Shown: in pieces, positions 1 through 11,505 of the stretch
Layout: every line of letters starts with the position of its first letter
Position numbering within the stretch: the first letter of the stretch is position 1
Assembly: GCF_009914755.1 (NCBI RefSeq)
Contig: NC_060944.1
Direction: 5' to 3' (one strand)
DNA length: 64,000 bases
From: the human T2T-CHM13v2.0 reference genome, Homo sapiens
Notes under the pieces: generated by a model
Databases searched by the model: none
What the model was told of the DNA's origin: nothing
Seen by the model: only the letters and a program-made list of their open reading frames with translations
Made by a program: the position numbers and the translations under genes

Positions 1-900
1 GCATCTTCACCATTGAGGGATGCCCCCTCCTTAATTGTGGCAAGGGGGGCCCTTTGCAGCCCAGTGCAGGCCTTATGGGACAGTGAAGAGGAAAAGAAGC
101 AAGCTGGCCAGGATTCCCTGGGGTTTTTGTGGAGCTGACAGGCTGAGGAGTGGTTGGTTCCGGGGGCGGGGGTGGCCCAGAAGTGCCTTATCTCCTCTGG
201 GCCAGTGTCAGCTCCTGTCCCCAGCCTGCAGCACAGGCTGGAGCTGCCAGCCTGGGGACTGCAGCAAATTTGCATTTATATTGGAGACTTCTGTTTCCAG
301 GGCTTGGGGGGAGGAGGGGTGGCCACCACCATCAGCTGAGCAGAGATGCAGGAGAGGAGGGGCCTGCAGCCCTGTCCTGCCAGGGGCACAGGAAGTGGCC
401 GATGGGCCCAGTCTGCCTGGCTGAGGGAACAGTGGCACAGAAGGTTCTCTGGGCACGCGGCCGGCCCCGACAGCCTGCCTGTCCACCCTCCCAGACGCTC
501 GCCAACATCAGCTGGGAGTTGGCTCTGCCCCCAGGCCTGGGAGAAAGGTCAGAGGCCGGTGCCAGCAAGGGACTAAGCAAGGCCAAAGCACTCCTGTGAC
601 AGGGTGCAACTGCGTGTCACCCGGTCTCAGCCCCACAAAATTGTAAATTGTTTTAGCCAAGAAAACGGAGGCTCAGAGGGGCTTAGCCATTAGCTCAAGG
701 TGATCCAGCTTATCATCCATGCCCCATGAGCCTCCCAGGAACACCCGGGATACTCACACACCCTGGATGCCATCTATACTTAGGGGATAAAGAGGAGTTG
801 ACACCCCTTTTCCAGCTAAGTTCTGGAGGGTCAAGGGAAGTTATTGCAGGCTCGTGACACTGTTAGGGCTGGTTTTGTGACAGCTTAGGAATCATGTTTC

Positions 901-1213
<313 letters not shown>

Positions 1214-1431
1214 CATGTTTCGTTTTATGGTGAAATCCATAAAATGGGTTTTTTTAGGGCCAGGTTCAGGCCAGGTTTCCCCTTGTCTTTGGAGAATGTA
1301 GCTTCTCCCATCTGTGAGGTTCCATGTGAAGAAGGAATGGAAGGAAGGAGAGAAGACAAGAAGGGAAGGAGGGGGGACAGGAGGAGGGAGAAATAGGGAG
1401 TGAAGTATAGAATAAATAAATAGAAGAGGGG

Positions 1432-1702
1432 GGCCGGGCATGGTGGCTCATGCCTGTAATCCCAGCACTTCGGGAGGCCAAGGTGGGCGGTTCACCTGAG
1501 GTCGGGACCAGCCCGACCAACATGGAGAAACCCTGTCTCTACTAAAAGTACAAAATTAGCCAGGTGTGGTGGTGCGTGCCTGTAATCCCAGTTACTCTGG
1601 AGGCTGAGGCAGGAGAATCGCTTGAACTCGGGAGGCGGAGGTTGCTCTCCAGCCTGGGCAACAAGAATGAAACTCTGTCTCAATCAATCAATCAATCAAT
1701 CA
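1432..1702 (+). mobile_element. Alu (AluSp/Sq-like), internal deletion in right arm, (TCAA)n tail
   Basis: GGCCGGGC start, 'aacatggagaaaccc', TSD TAGAAGAGGGG on both sides. Confidence 0.92.
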
Positions 1703-2289
1703 GTAGAAGAGGGGATAGAAGGAAGGAGTGGAAGGAGGGAAGGAAGGGAGAGGGAGTAGATGAGAAGAGAAGATAGAGTCATCCTGCACCCCGCCCCCCA
1801 GGTGTGCTTGTTGCTGCTGGAAGTGCTCCCTCTGTGCCCTTTCCCTGGCTGTTGTATGGAATGGTGGTCCTCTCCCCATCCTCCTCACCCTACAGCTGAG
1901 ACCTCCTGACCTCCAGTAGCAGGTGAGCCCTGCTCCAGGTGGGGGACCAGTGACAAGCTGGTTGGGGCTCCAGGAAGCAGAAGTTGGGGCCCTGTTGTGA
2001 TCCCTGGGCTTTATTTCCATCCTCAGGGCTCAGCTGCCTCTGGAGGGGGCTCTGCCTTGCTCTTTGGGTTCTCTCCACACACTCCCTCCCCCACTCTTCC
2101 AGACGGAGGTCTTGGCCCCATTCCCCCAGCCTGTGGCTGTAGGCTTGCAGCTGACAAACCTCCTGGTCCTGGCTCTCCGTCCAGCAGAACAAGCCCTCCC
2201 TGTCTGTCACCAAACAGTCAGGACGGCCTGTTCCACCTGGCAGGCTGGACTATTGCCCAGCTTAGTCTTGGGAAGTGAGGACCAGGGCT

Positions 2290-2490
2290 GACAACCCACT
2301 GCCTGAGTTCAAATCTTTGCTGTGCCTCTTTCTGGCTGTGTGGCCTTGGGCAAGACCCGTTACCTCTCTGAGCTTCTGGCTTCTCATCCGTCAATGGGCA
2401 TAATGTTAGGATCTGCCTCTTGGATTACTGTATGAATGATACGAGATCGTTCATGGAAAGTGCTTGGCTTGGTGCCTGGCACCAAGACAT
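2290..2490 (+). mobile_element. MIR
   Basis: 'gagttcaaatc...ctgtgtggccttgggcaag...acctctctgagc' core. Confidence 0.75.
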
Positions 2491-2714
2491 TTCAGCTTAT
2501 ATTATCCTAGCTGTATCCTTCAGTGTCTGTCTGGCCTAGGTGGGATGTCAGGTTCCAGGGACCTGTCCCCATGCTTCCTCCATTAACCCCTTTATGACTA
2601 GTGTCACCTGATATGACTATTTCAACACACATAGGATTGAACCCTGGTACTATTATACCATTACTACTTCTCCTAGTTGTTGTATAAGTGCTTATGGGAT
2701 CAGGCACTGTTCAA

Positions 2715-3480
2715 GCCATTTTAAAATATGACTCCACATTCCTTTAAATTCCTCTAATCAAGAAGTGGGGCCTATGTCCCCTCTCTTGATTGCTCCCAGG
2801 AATAAAATATGGTTAGAAATGACCATGCTGGCTGCGTGCGGTGGCTCACGCCTGTAATCCCAGCACTTTGGGAGGCTGAGGTGGGCGGACCACCCAAGGG
2901 CAGGAGTTTGAGACCAGCCTGGCCAACCAACATGGTGAAACCCCATCTCTACTAAAAATACAAAAAAATTAGCCGGGCGTGGTAGCTGTAATCCCAGCTA
3001 CTCGGGAGGCTGAGGCGGGAGAATCACTTGAACCCGGGAGGCAGAGGTTGCAGTCAGCCTAGATCGTGCCACTGCACTCTAGCCTGGGCAACAGAGTAAG
3101 ACTCCTTCTCAAAATAAATAAATAAATAAATAATAAAAAAAATGACCATGCCACTTCTGCTTGAGTCTCCGGGGACACTCACTCTTGGAACTGTTGGAAC
3201 CCAGCCTGCATGCTAGGAGGAAGCCCAGGACCCACGGAGAGGCCAGGTGTGGATGTTCTGGCCTGCAGTCTCCACTGTGCCACTCCTAACTGCCACACAT
3301 GTGAGGGGAAGACAATTCTAGATGATTCTAGTCCCCTGCCTTCAACTCTTTTCAGCTGAGGCCCCAGATACTGTAGAACAGAAGGAAGCCACCCCCATGT
3401 GCTCTGTCTGAATCTGTGAGCATAAGAAAATGGTTAACAGTACTACACGTTGGGGTTGTTATGCCACAGTAAATCACCAG
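2715..3480 (+). mobile_element. MaLR LTR (MLT1F/G-like), interrupted by Alu
   Basis: 'cagctgaggccccaga', 'gtgagcataagaaaatggtt' and 'ttggggttgttatgc' are typical MLT1 blocks. Confidence 0.65.
2830..3142 (+). mobile_element. Alu (S-type), (TAAA)n tail
   Basis: Alu body; TSD AAATGACCATGC. Confidence 0.92.
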
Positions 3481-4219
3481 AATCCCTGTGCTGACTCATT
3501 TAAGCTTCACAACTTAGGAAGTAGCTGTTCTTATCATCTCCATTTCATAGATGAGGAAATTAAGACCCAAAATGCTTTAGCAAGCTACCTGAGTCCACAG
3601 ATCTTCTAAGAGGAAGAGCTGGGATTCGTGCCCATGGGTTTGAGCATTGAAGAATCAAGCAGGGCCCATGTCCTACAGGGCCTAGTGGGCCACATAGGTG
3701 ACTGGATGTCATCTTGAGGGCCTTGGAGGGCTGTGGGAAGACACTGATGTGTGGAATTCACGAGGTCGGGAGAGGGCACTAAGAAGCTTGCTTAGGTGCA
3801 ACGTGGAGGGTGGGTGAGAAGGGGCTGGAAGTGGCCCACGAGGATGGACAGTGCCACCCTGCCATGGTCCACCATCCTCTCCATGTCCTGCTCCTCAAAG
3901 TTACGAGGGCAGCAGCAGGAGGCCTGGTCTCAGGCCCTAATGAGCTCTGCACCTATCAGAGCTTGGCCTAGCCGGAGATCCCAGCCAATTCCTTTGGGCT
4001 GACTTAGGCTGTGCCCTTGGACGGACAGAGCTGGGCAGTCAGGGCTGGGAGCCTGACAGTGTGAACAGGAAGTTGACGGCCCAGGAGCATCCTCTGTTCC
4101 CTGCACATCAAGGTGGGCCACATAGCTCCAAGATCATCTGTGCCAACTGGATCTACTGGGTTTGGAGTTGGCTGAGAGTGGAAGGGAGCCCACAAGAAGA
4201 GTGACCTAAAGAGGACAGA

Positions 4220-4650
4220 CACTGATTTCTTTTTCTTATTACCAATCTGGAAGCAGGCAGTCCCGGGCTGGTATAATGGCTCTTTGATCCTCAGGGACCC
4301 AGACTCCTTCTATCTTGTTGTTCCACCCTCAACACTTCATAGTCCAAGGTGGCCGCTCATTCTCTGGCCATCATGTCCACATTCCAGCCAGAGGGAAAGA
4401 GGAAGAGGCAAAGAATGCTCTGGTCTCTTTAAGGACCCCTCACCCCCACCGCTCAGAAGTTGTACTCGGTACTCCGTTTACCTCTTCATGGCAGGAATGC
4501 AGACACATGGCCACCCCTAACTGCAAGAGAGGCTGGGAAGCGTGGTCTCTGTTCTGCCATCCATTCACCCAGCTATATCGGTGGGGAGGGGGTTCTCATA
4601 CTGCGGGACATGGCAAATCGCTTGGAATGCCAGCCACACCTGGCACCTGG
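4220..4650 (-). mobile_element. Old MaLR LTR (MLT1J/K-like)
   Basis: 'cagggacccagactccttctatcttg', 'cacatggccacccctaactgcaagagaggctgggaa'. Confidence 0.6.
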
Positions 4651-4913
4651 AAGCCAGAGTGAGTGTTTTGAAACTTGAATCATTTAACTTCGTTGCTTAA
4701 AATGATCCTGTAGCACTCACTGCTCCCATGATAAAGGCCAGATCCTCATCTGACCCCCAGGGCTGCCTGATCTCACCGTGGCTCACCTCTCCAGCCTCAT
4801 GCCCTGGTTCCCCCAGCCCCATCCTCCCCAACTCACCCTAACATTGAAATTAAACCATGCCCACTCCATCCTCACCTTGGGTCTCCCTTTGTGCTCTGAT
4901 ATTTGGGTTCTCT

Positions 4914-5224
4914 TCATGCCACAGCTCCACCCAATGTGTGCTCTGCTTCCTTAGCTGTAAAAGGAGCTCCCCATAGTACCCACTGGGCACATAATAGGGT
5001 CACTTGCTTGGGTACAACGTGGCGGGTGGGTGAGAAGGGGATGGAAGTGGTCCACAAATAATGATTTGGGAGAACACAAATAATCAGACATAAAGAGCCA
5101 CAGAGGCACTTACTGACTCTAAGGACTGTGGTTATAAAGCCCCTGCAATGTGCCAGGTTGGTACTATGGGGAGCTCCTTTTATAGATAAGGAAACAGTGC
5201 ATGCTGGGCGGAGCTGTGGTGTGA
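4914..5224. repeat. Inverted repeat, arms ~78 bp (4914-4992 / 5148-5224)
   Basis: 23 bp perfect core TAAAAGGAGCTCCCCATAGTACC (4958-4980) versus its reverse complement (5160-5182); flanks align with scattered mismatches. Confidence 0.9.
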
Positions 5225-5341
5225 GGTCCTGCTGCACTGCCTTGCTGATGAGAAAAAACACTTATGGGCAGAGCGCTTTACACTGAGCAACTCTGTGCCT
5301 GCCTTTGTCTCAGGCAGTCCTCTAGCCATTGTGCCCCCCCC

Positions 5342-5716
<375 letters not shown>

Positions 5717-5977
5717 TGACTGGAACCCAGCTCTGCCTGCCCCTTCCCTGCTGGCAGTTGCATCACCTGCCTTCTCTGGGGAGTGAATGAGGACAAGCCA
5801 CACTTGACCTTCCATGGTCCTGTAGCAGAGATTTTAAAGTCCAGCTTTTAGAGAGGAACGTGAAAGCCCAGAGAGGAAGGAACTTGCCCTTGGTCCTATA
5901 CTCCATCAAGCACAATGCTGGGAAGGGACTCAGGTCTCCTGACTCCCAGTCCAGAGCTCTTGCACACTTTGCTCCTT

Positions 5978-6600
5978 CATGCAACAAATATTTATTGAGC
6001 ATCTACTGTGTACCAGCACAGTGCTAGCCCTTGAGAACACAGCAGCAAACACAACAGACACAAAACCCTGGCCCTGTGGAGTGGACATTCCAGGGCTGGG
6101 TGGAGGAGTGGGAGACCAATACGGACCAAGTAAGTCAGCTGCAGCACTGTCTTTCCTCTTATTTATTTCCGGAAACAAATAATTATGGAGAACTTTATTG
6201 CTATAAGACAGACATGGTCCTGACTCTCCTACAGTGAGAATATAGTGTTGGAGACAGGCACTCAATGAGAGACACATAAATAAGCAAAGTTCAGATTGTG
6301 ATCATAGCTGAGAAGAAAACAAGGTTGAAGTGCTAGAGAGTAATGGGGATGCGGTACTGGTAGTTAACTTCAGATGGGGTGGCCAGGAAAAGCCTCTCCA
6401 GGAAGTGACTCTTGAGCTGAGACCCAAAGCATGCAATGGGGCCCAACAGTGTTCCAGGTGGAGGGAACAGCAAGTGCCAGGGTGCAGAAGTAGGACAGAG
6501 CTTGGTGGGAGAAAGGAACAGAGAGAAGGCCAAGGTGGCTGGAGCAGGGCGAGAGGGGGAGGTTGGCAAGAGGGAGGGGGCTGGAGAAAGTCCAGAGTGT
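5978..6600 (-). mobile_element. L2 remnant
   Basis: 'caacaaatatttattgagcatctactgtgtaccagcac' L2 3' end and 'ggaagtgactcttgagctgagac'. Confidence 0.7.
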
Positions 6601-7194
6601 CGTGGATAGACACTGAATAAAGAGAAGGGATGACTAGCCCCCTACAGTTCACCCCTGGGTGGGGGTTGGGTAGTCGTCTTTGCATCTGATAATTTCCCAG
6701 CTAGACCCCCAAGGGGTGGGGGCCAAACACCTGCTGGCCTGGCACTGCCTGTCTCTGCAGAGATAAAGTTCCCTGCCCCCCGTTCACCAGGACCCCGCTC
6801 TGTGGTGCCTCCACCTGCACAGTCAGGCAGGGCATTGTGTGTTCCGGCCGGCACACCTGGCATTCACCAGCCTGCTGGTTGCCTGATTTAGGGGCTCATC
6901 CTGCCTGGCTCAGGGGTCTGTTCCCTGGAGTCTACCAGCTGGGACTAGGCTGGCTGAGGAGGAAGACACAGGCGCTGGTGGTGGCCACAAAGAAGGCACC
7001 CTTTACCGTTGCACGCCCATTGGACCATGTTTGAAACCCCAGGCCTCCCTTTTCCAGCCATCCTTCCCTGGGTGGCAGAGTCTGGGCTTGGGCAGAAAGG
7101 TTCAAGGGGCAGTTTCACTGCTGTGCTTAGAAATTTTCTCTCCCTCTCTGGGCCTGTTTCCTCATCTGTGCAACGGAAGGGTTGACCTGGATAA

Positions 7195-7440
7195 ACTCAT
7201 GGTGTAGACTCTAGAGCCAGACTGCCTGGGTTTGAACCTTTACCACGTAGTGACCATATGAATTTAGCTAAGTTACTCAACCTTTCGTTCTCAGTTTACC
7301 TACATGTAAAATGGAGGTACAATAATAACACCTATTTCAAGGGCTGCGGGAGGATTAAGTGAATTATATATGTCTGGTGCTTCAAACAGTGCCTGCTCTA
7401 TGGTAAGTGCTATATATTTTAACTCTGATCATTATTATTA
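7195..7440 (+). mobile_element. MIR
   Basis: 'gagccagactgcctgggtttgaa...aagttactcaacct...tgtaaaatgg'. Confidence 0.8.
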
Positions 7441-7855
7441 ACGTCTTTGGAAAACATTGCACTGGAAAGACTCAGTGGAGAAATCTGAGTTCATTTGTTT
7501 GCAAACTTTTTGGTCTTTGTTTTTAACAGAGAAGCTCTGCATTGGTCAGGAGAAATTTTACTCAGAGCCCCAGCTGTTAGCAGGGGATTGAAGGGGGGCG
7601 CCTGCCCCACCTGCTTCCCCGTCTCTGTGTCTGCAGCCCCCAAGAGGCCTACTGGAGCATAACTTGAAAATCCCTGCTCAGTTTATCTCCTTCAGCTCAC
7701 AGTCAGGGAAACTGAGACTCAGAGAGGAGCAGGGATCTGCCCAGTGAGTGGCCCAGCCTAGACTAGAACCCAGATCTCCTATTTTTCTCAATACAAGACA
7801 AGGGGCAGGGGCTAAGAGAGAAGCTAAGACCAGAAGCCTCTTAGGGGACTGGGTG

Positions 7856-7932
7856 CATTGTGTCGTCAAGTCATTAGCATGCAAATGATATGCAAATGAA
7901 TGCAAAACAGCATGTTTTATGCTAATTTGCAG
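7856..7932. promoter_or_regulatory. Sox + POU/octamer motif cluster, candidate enhancer
   Basis: CATTGTG 7856; ATTAGCAT 7873; ATGCAAAT 7879 and 7890; ATGCAAAA 7900; ATGCTAAT 7919. Confidence 0.6.
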
Positions 7933-8518
7933 AGTCGAGAGCGACGACATTTTTGGTAATAGGGCGGCAGTCCTGGTCCCTGGGCATTGCCGAACACGCG
8001 TCCTTTTTTTCTTTTCTTCTTTCATTATTATGATCGGGCCCATAAATCTTGGTTTGGCTGTGACTCCGCCCCTTCTTGCTTGAAAGCCTGGCTCCTATCA
8101 TTCTCAAGGGCTCCCTTGCCAGTCCTCTGGTCCGGCCTGGGCCCAGGGACAGGCCTGAGCAGTGGGTCAGAGAACCAGGACTCAGGAGCCACCAGTCAGA
8201 GCTAGAGGGTGACCCCAGCTCTGGCCTGGAAGCCACTTCTGAAGGAGGGGACCGTGGCACTTCCTCTGAGCTCCCACAGCCACTGTGGCTTCTGTGCCAT
8301 TGTCTGTTTGGGGCTGGCTTGCTCCTTTTCTTGTCAGGGCGCCCAGTACCTGGAACACAGGTTCAGGATGTGTTTGGTGTTTGAAGACTGAATCCATATA
8401 TGGAGAGCTGGTGGTGTACCCTAGTGATGAGCCTGCAGTCTCTGAAAACATGCAGCTTGAGTTAAAACCCTGGCACCACTACTTTCTGAGAAAATAGTAG
8501 TATGTACTCACAGCTAAC

Positions 8519-8830
8519 CTTTTGTTTTTGTTTTGTTTTGAGACAGGGTCTCATTCTGTGGCTCAGGCATGAGTGTAGTGGCATGATTGCAGCTCACTGC
8601 AGCCTCAGCCTTCTGGGCTCAATCCATCCTCCCACCTCAGCCTCCTGAGTAGCTGGCACTACAGGTGCACACTGCTACCATGCCCAGCTAATTTTTTTTT
8701 TTTTTTTTTTTGTAGAGATGGGGTCTTGCCATGTTGTCCAGGCAGGTCTCGAACTCCTGGGCTCAAGCCATCCTTCTGCCTCGGCCTACCAAAGTGCAGG
8801 GATTACAGGTAAGAGCCATCACACCAGGCC
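8519..8830 (-). mobile_element. Alu (AluJ-like)
   Basis: Reverse Alu, 'aactcctgggctcaagc'. Confidence 0.9.
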
Positions 8831-9121
8831 CATAGCTAATTGAGCACCTACCATGTTCCAGGGCTCTGCTTTGTAATTGTTGTGAACGCTGTCACTGATA
8901 AGAGTATCCTAGAAGGTGAGTATCGTTATCATTGCTCTCATTTTACAGAGAGGGTTAAATGATTTGCCTGAGGTCACACTCCCCAGGGTAATGGTAAAGG
9001 GGTATTTATATTTACTAAGGATGAGTGCTTCATCAGGCAGGGGCCTTTAAGGCACTCAGCAAAGCTTCTGTCACAGGGTACCAGGGTCTCCACCTGTGCT
9101 ATCAAGCCACTCTTTTGACAA

Positions 9122-9700
9122 TGTTAAACTTTACCTGAGCCCTGTGCTCCTGAAAAACAGCGATGGTCCAGAAATCCCCCCAACTTTTTGTTTTCTGAAG
9201 TCTCCCTACCTTTTCTGTTCAGGGAAATGGCTTAGCAAAACGAGCCACCCTTCCCCATATGACTCAGATAAGACGTAGTCCCCTCTTTCTAGTGTATCCT
9301 GTAAGACTGGAGGATGACTCCCTTGCTGGCCTGTGATCTTTCCCCTTTTGCTGGAACCTGCTGACAAGGCCAAGGCCAAGGACCCTCCCACTTCCCATTC
9401 TTTGTCTCATGGTTGATTAGCTGAGATGAGAACTGTGTGTCCTCTCTGAAACTAGCTAGACACAGAGATGAACATTTCCTCTTCAATGGACTGATGGAGA
9501 TATCCCCTATTTGTAAGACAATCCCCACTTTAAATCCCTCCTGCTGTAACCTGTCTCCTCACCCCTACAAAAGTCAAAGGCAAATCCATCCTGTCCAGAC
9601 ACTCTGATTTTGGGATCTGGGATGCTCTCCCTGTTGCAATAGCATGAATAATACCATCAACCCCAATTCTTCCGTGTATTTTGTCTTTGACCCTTTCCAC
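9122..9700 (+). mobile_element. Probable ERV1-class solo LTR (family not assigned)
   Basis: Begins TGTTAAACTTTACCTGAGCCC; TATA-like 'tttaaatccc' and 'gcaatagcatgaataata' poly(A)-like region give an LTR-like layout. Confidence 0.5.
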
Positions 9701-10027
9701 CGTGCTGTTTTCCACCTAAGGCTCTGAGCTAGGTAAGAGCCCTGTGACCTTGGAGTACTTCTCGGGCTTCTCTGTACCTTAGGTTTAAAACGGATGCGCA
9801 CAGGCGTTATGTCCTCAGGTTGTGAGATAAAAGGAGACGACGCCAGGGAAACGCTCGGTCGCTTGGCACTGTGCCCAGCAGCGTGAGTGCTCCAGAAATG
9901 TCAACCATTGTGAGTCCAGGAGAGGAGAGTGGCGCTCAGAGAGGGAACGGGACCTGCCGGGAGACTCACAGCGGGAGGAAGGGGGAGTAGGGCGCACGTC
10001 TGGTGACCTCCGCCCCCAGCTGTGGGA

Positions 10028-10306
10028 GTGTGCCCTGTGACCCCCTCATCCTGCCTTTGGATCACGAGCTGGGGTCGGGGGAGGGGATGGTGGGGGGGAC
10101 ACTGCTCGGTCCTCCACTCCGTGTGCCCTGTGACCCCCTCATCCTGCCTTTGGATCACGAGCTGGGGTCGGGGGAGGGGATGGTGGGGGGGACACTGCTC
10201 GGTCCTCCACTCCGTGTGCCCTGTGACCCCCTCATCCTGCCTTTGGATCACGAGCTGGGGTCGGGGGAGGGGATGGTGGGGGGGACACTGCTCGGTCCTC
10301 CGCTCC
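10028..10306 (+). repeat. Tandem repeat, 3 x 93 bp, near-identical, G-tract rich
   Basis: Unit starts (gtgtgccctgtgacc) at 10028, 10121 and 10214; a 31-aa repeat appears in three overlapping ORFs. Confidence 0.97.
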
Positions 10307-10930
10307 CCTCCGCCCGCCTTTGATTGTGGTGAGCAGCGAGTCGCGGAGCAAATTAACTTTTCGCACACTTCATTATGCGCCGTCCCGCGTCCCCCGGGGC
10401 CGAGGCCCGCGCCCCCGCCCCGCGCCGACAACTTGATTGGGCAATTAATCTTCGCGCCCCCCACACCCCCTCCCGGCCCCGGGCCTTTGTGCGCCCGAGC
10501 GTGGGCCGTGGGCGCCCCCCGGGCCGCCCGGTCTGCTGGCGCAGATAAGGCGCCCCTCGCCGCGCGGCCCCGCCTTTGTCAGGGCGCCCGCAGGCCCGGC
10601 CGCCGCGCTGCCGTCTCGCACCCCATCCGCGCGCCCCCGCCCCTTGGCTCGGTCCATCTGTTTGAGCTTCACAATCCTCCAGCGGCCGGGGGCTGGGGGC
10701 GGGGTCTCGCTCTTGGGCAGGCAGCCAGCACCCCCTCCCCCCGGCCCCCCCACCCAGCCCCCAGACACGCGCGCGCACGCCCACTCGCACGCGGGGCCGC
10801 CCTGTCAAGCAGTGCGGTATTAATTAAGAAGGTGGGGGGGAAGCACAGCAGCAGTTTGAAGAATTGTGGGGCGGAGGGTTCCCAGCGGTGTCCAGAAAAG
10901 AGGGGGACCCTGCCACCCATCTCGTACCGC
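10300..10930. promoter_or_regulatory. Orphan CpG island, candidate developmental enhancer / Polycomb target
   Basis: Very GC- and CpG-rich with GC boxes. Embedded motifs: TGATTGG 10434, CAATTAATC 10442, CTGTCA 10802, TATTAATTAA 10818. Confidence 0.8.
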
Positions 10931-11481
10931 AGGTGCTTAACGCCTGGTTATTGGCTTGGGGATCTACAGGCTCCCATGGCTGGGGGTGGGGGTTAGGGGA
11001 GGTGGGAGGTGGGAGGGAGAGGCCTGGGAATTTGCCTGACAGTGTCTCTTTGTGCATTTTTCTGGGGTTTTGCCAGCAGTTGACCCAGCCTCAGAAAGGT
11101 AGCCTGTGATTCAGGTAGTGTTGAAAACCAGAGGCCCAAAGGCAGGATACATCTGGGCCTATTTTAGAGGCCAATAGCGTGGTGGTTCAGAAAGGGGTTC
11201 CAACAGTTCTCCCTACTCGCCGTTGAGGATTTGCGTCAGGTAACCACCCTGCGCCCGGGGCGGTGGAGGTGATGGGCTGAGACCGTGTTGGCGCAGTGCT
11301 GGGTACACAGTGAGTGCTCACAAGTGCTGGTTCTTGCTGTTTTCTGTGATTTTCCTTGGAGGGGCACAGGGAAAACCAAAAATGGCTGGTGCTGGAAAGA
11401 GGCCCTTGAGTTTCATCTCACAGCTGGCGGTAGGGTGAAGCTTGGCAAAAAACCTGTGGTCTGTGCTGAGCTTGGGGCTGG

Positions 11482-11505
11482 GTGTGTGTGTGTGTGTGTG
11501 TGTGT
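11482..11505. repeat. (TG)n microsatellite
   Basis: Direct reading. Confidence 0.95.

Noticed and set aside
4021-4032. REST/RE1-like half site ACGGACAGAGC (also TCAGCACC at 17162)
   Set aside because: Half sites only; no canonical full RE1 found by eye.
10028-10306. Possible CRISPR-like array
   Set aside because: Contiguous identical units with no unique spacers, in eukaryotic DNA.
10022-10996. 324-aa ORF (and overlapping 187-aa and 106-aa ORFs) with 31-aa repeats
   Set aside because: Openness is explained by the 93 bp unit (a multiple of 3) and stop-poor GC-rich DNA. Non-ATG start, no recognisable domain, and open in several frames on both strands.
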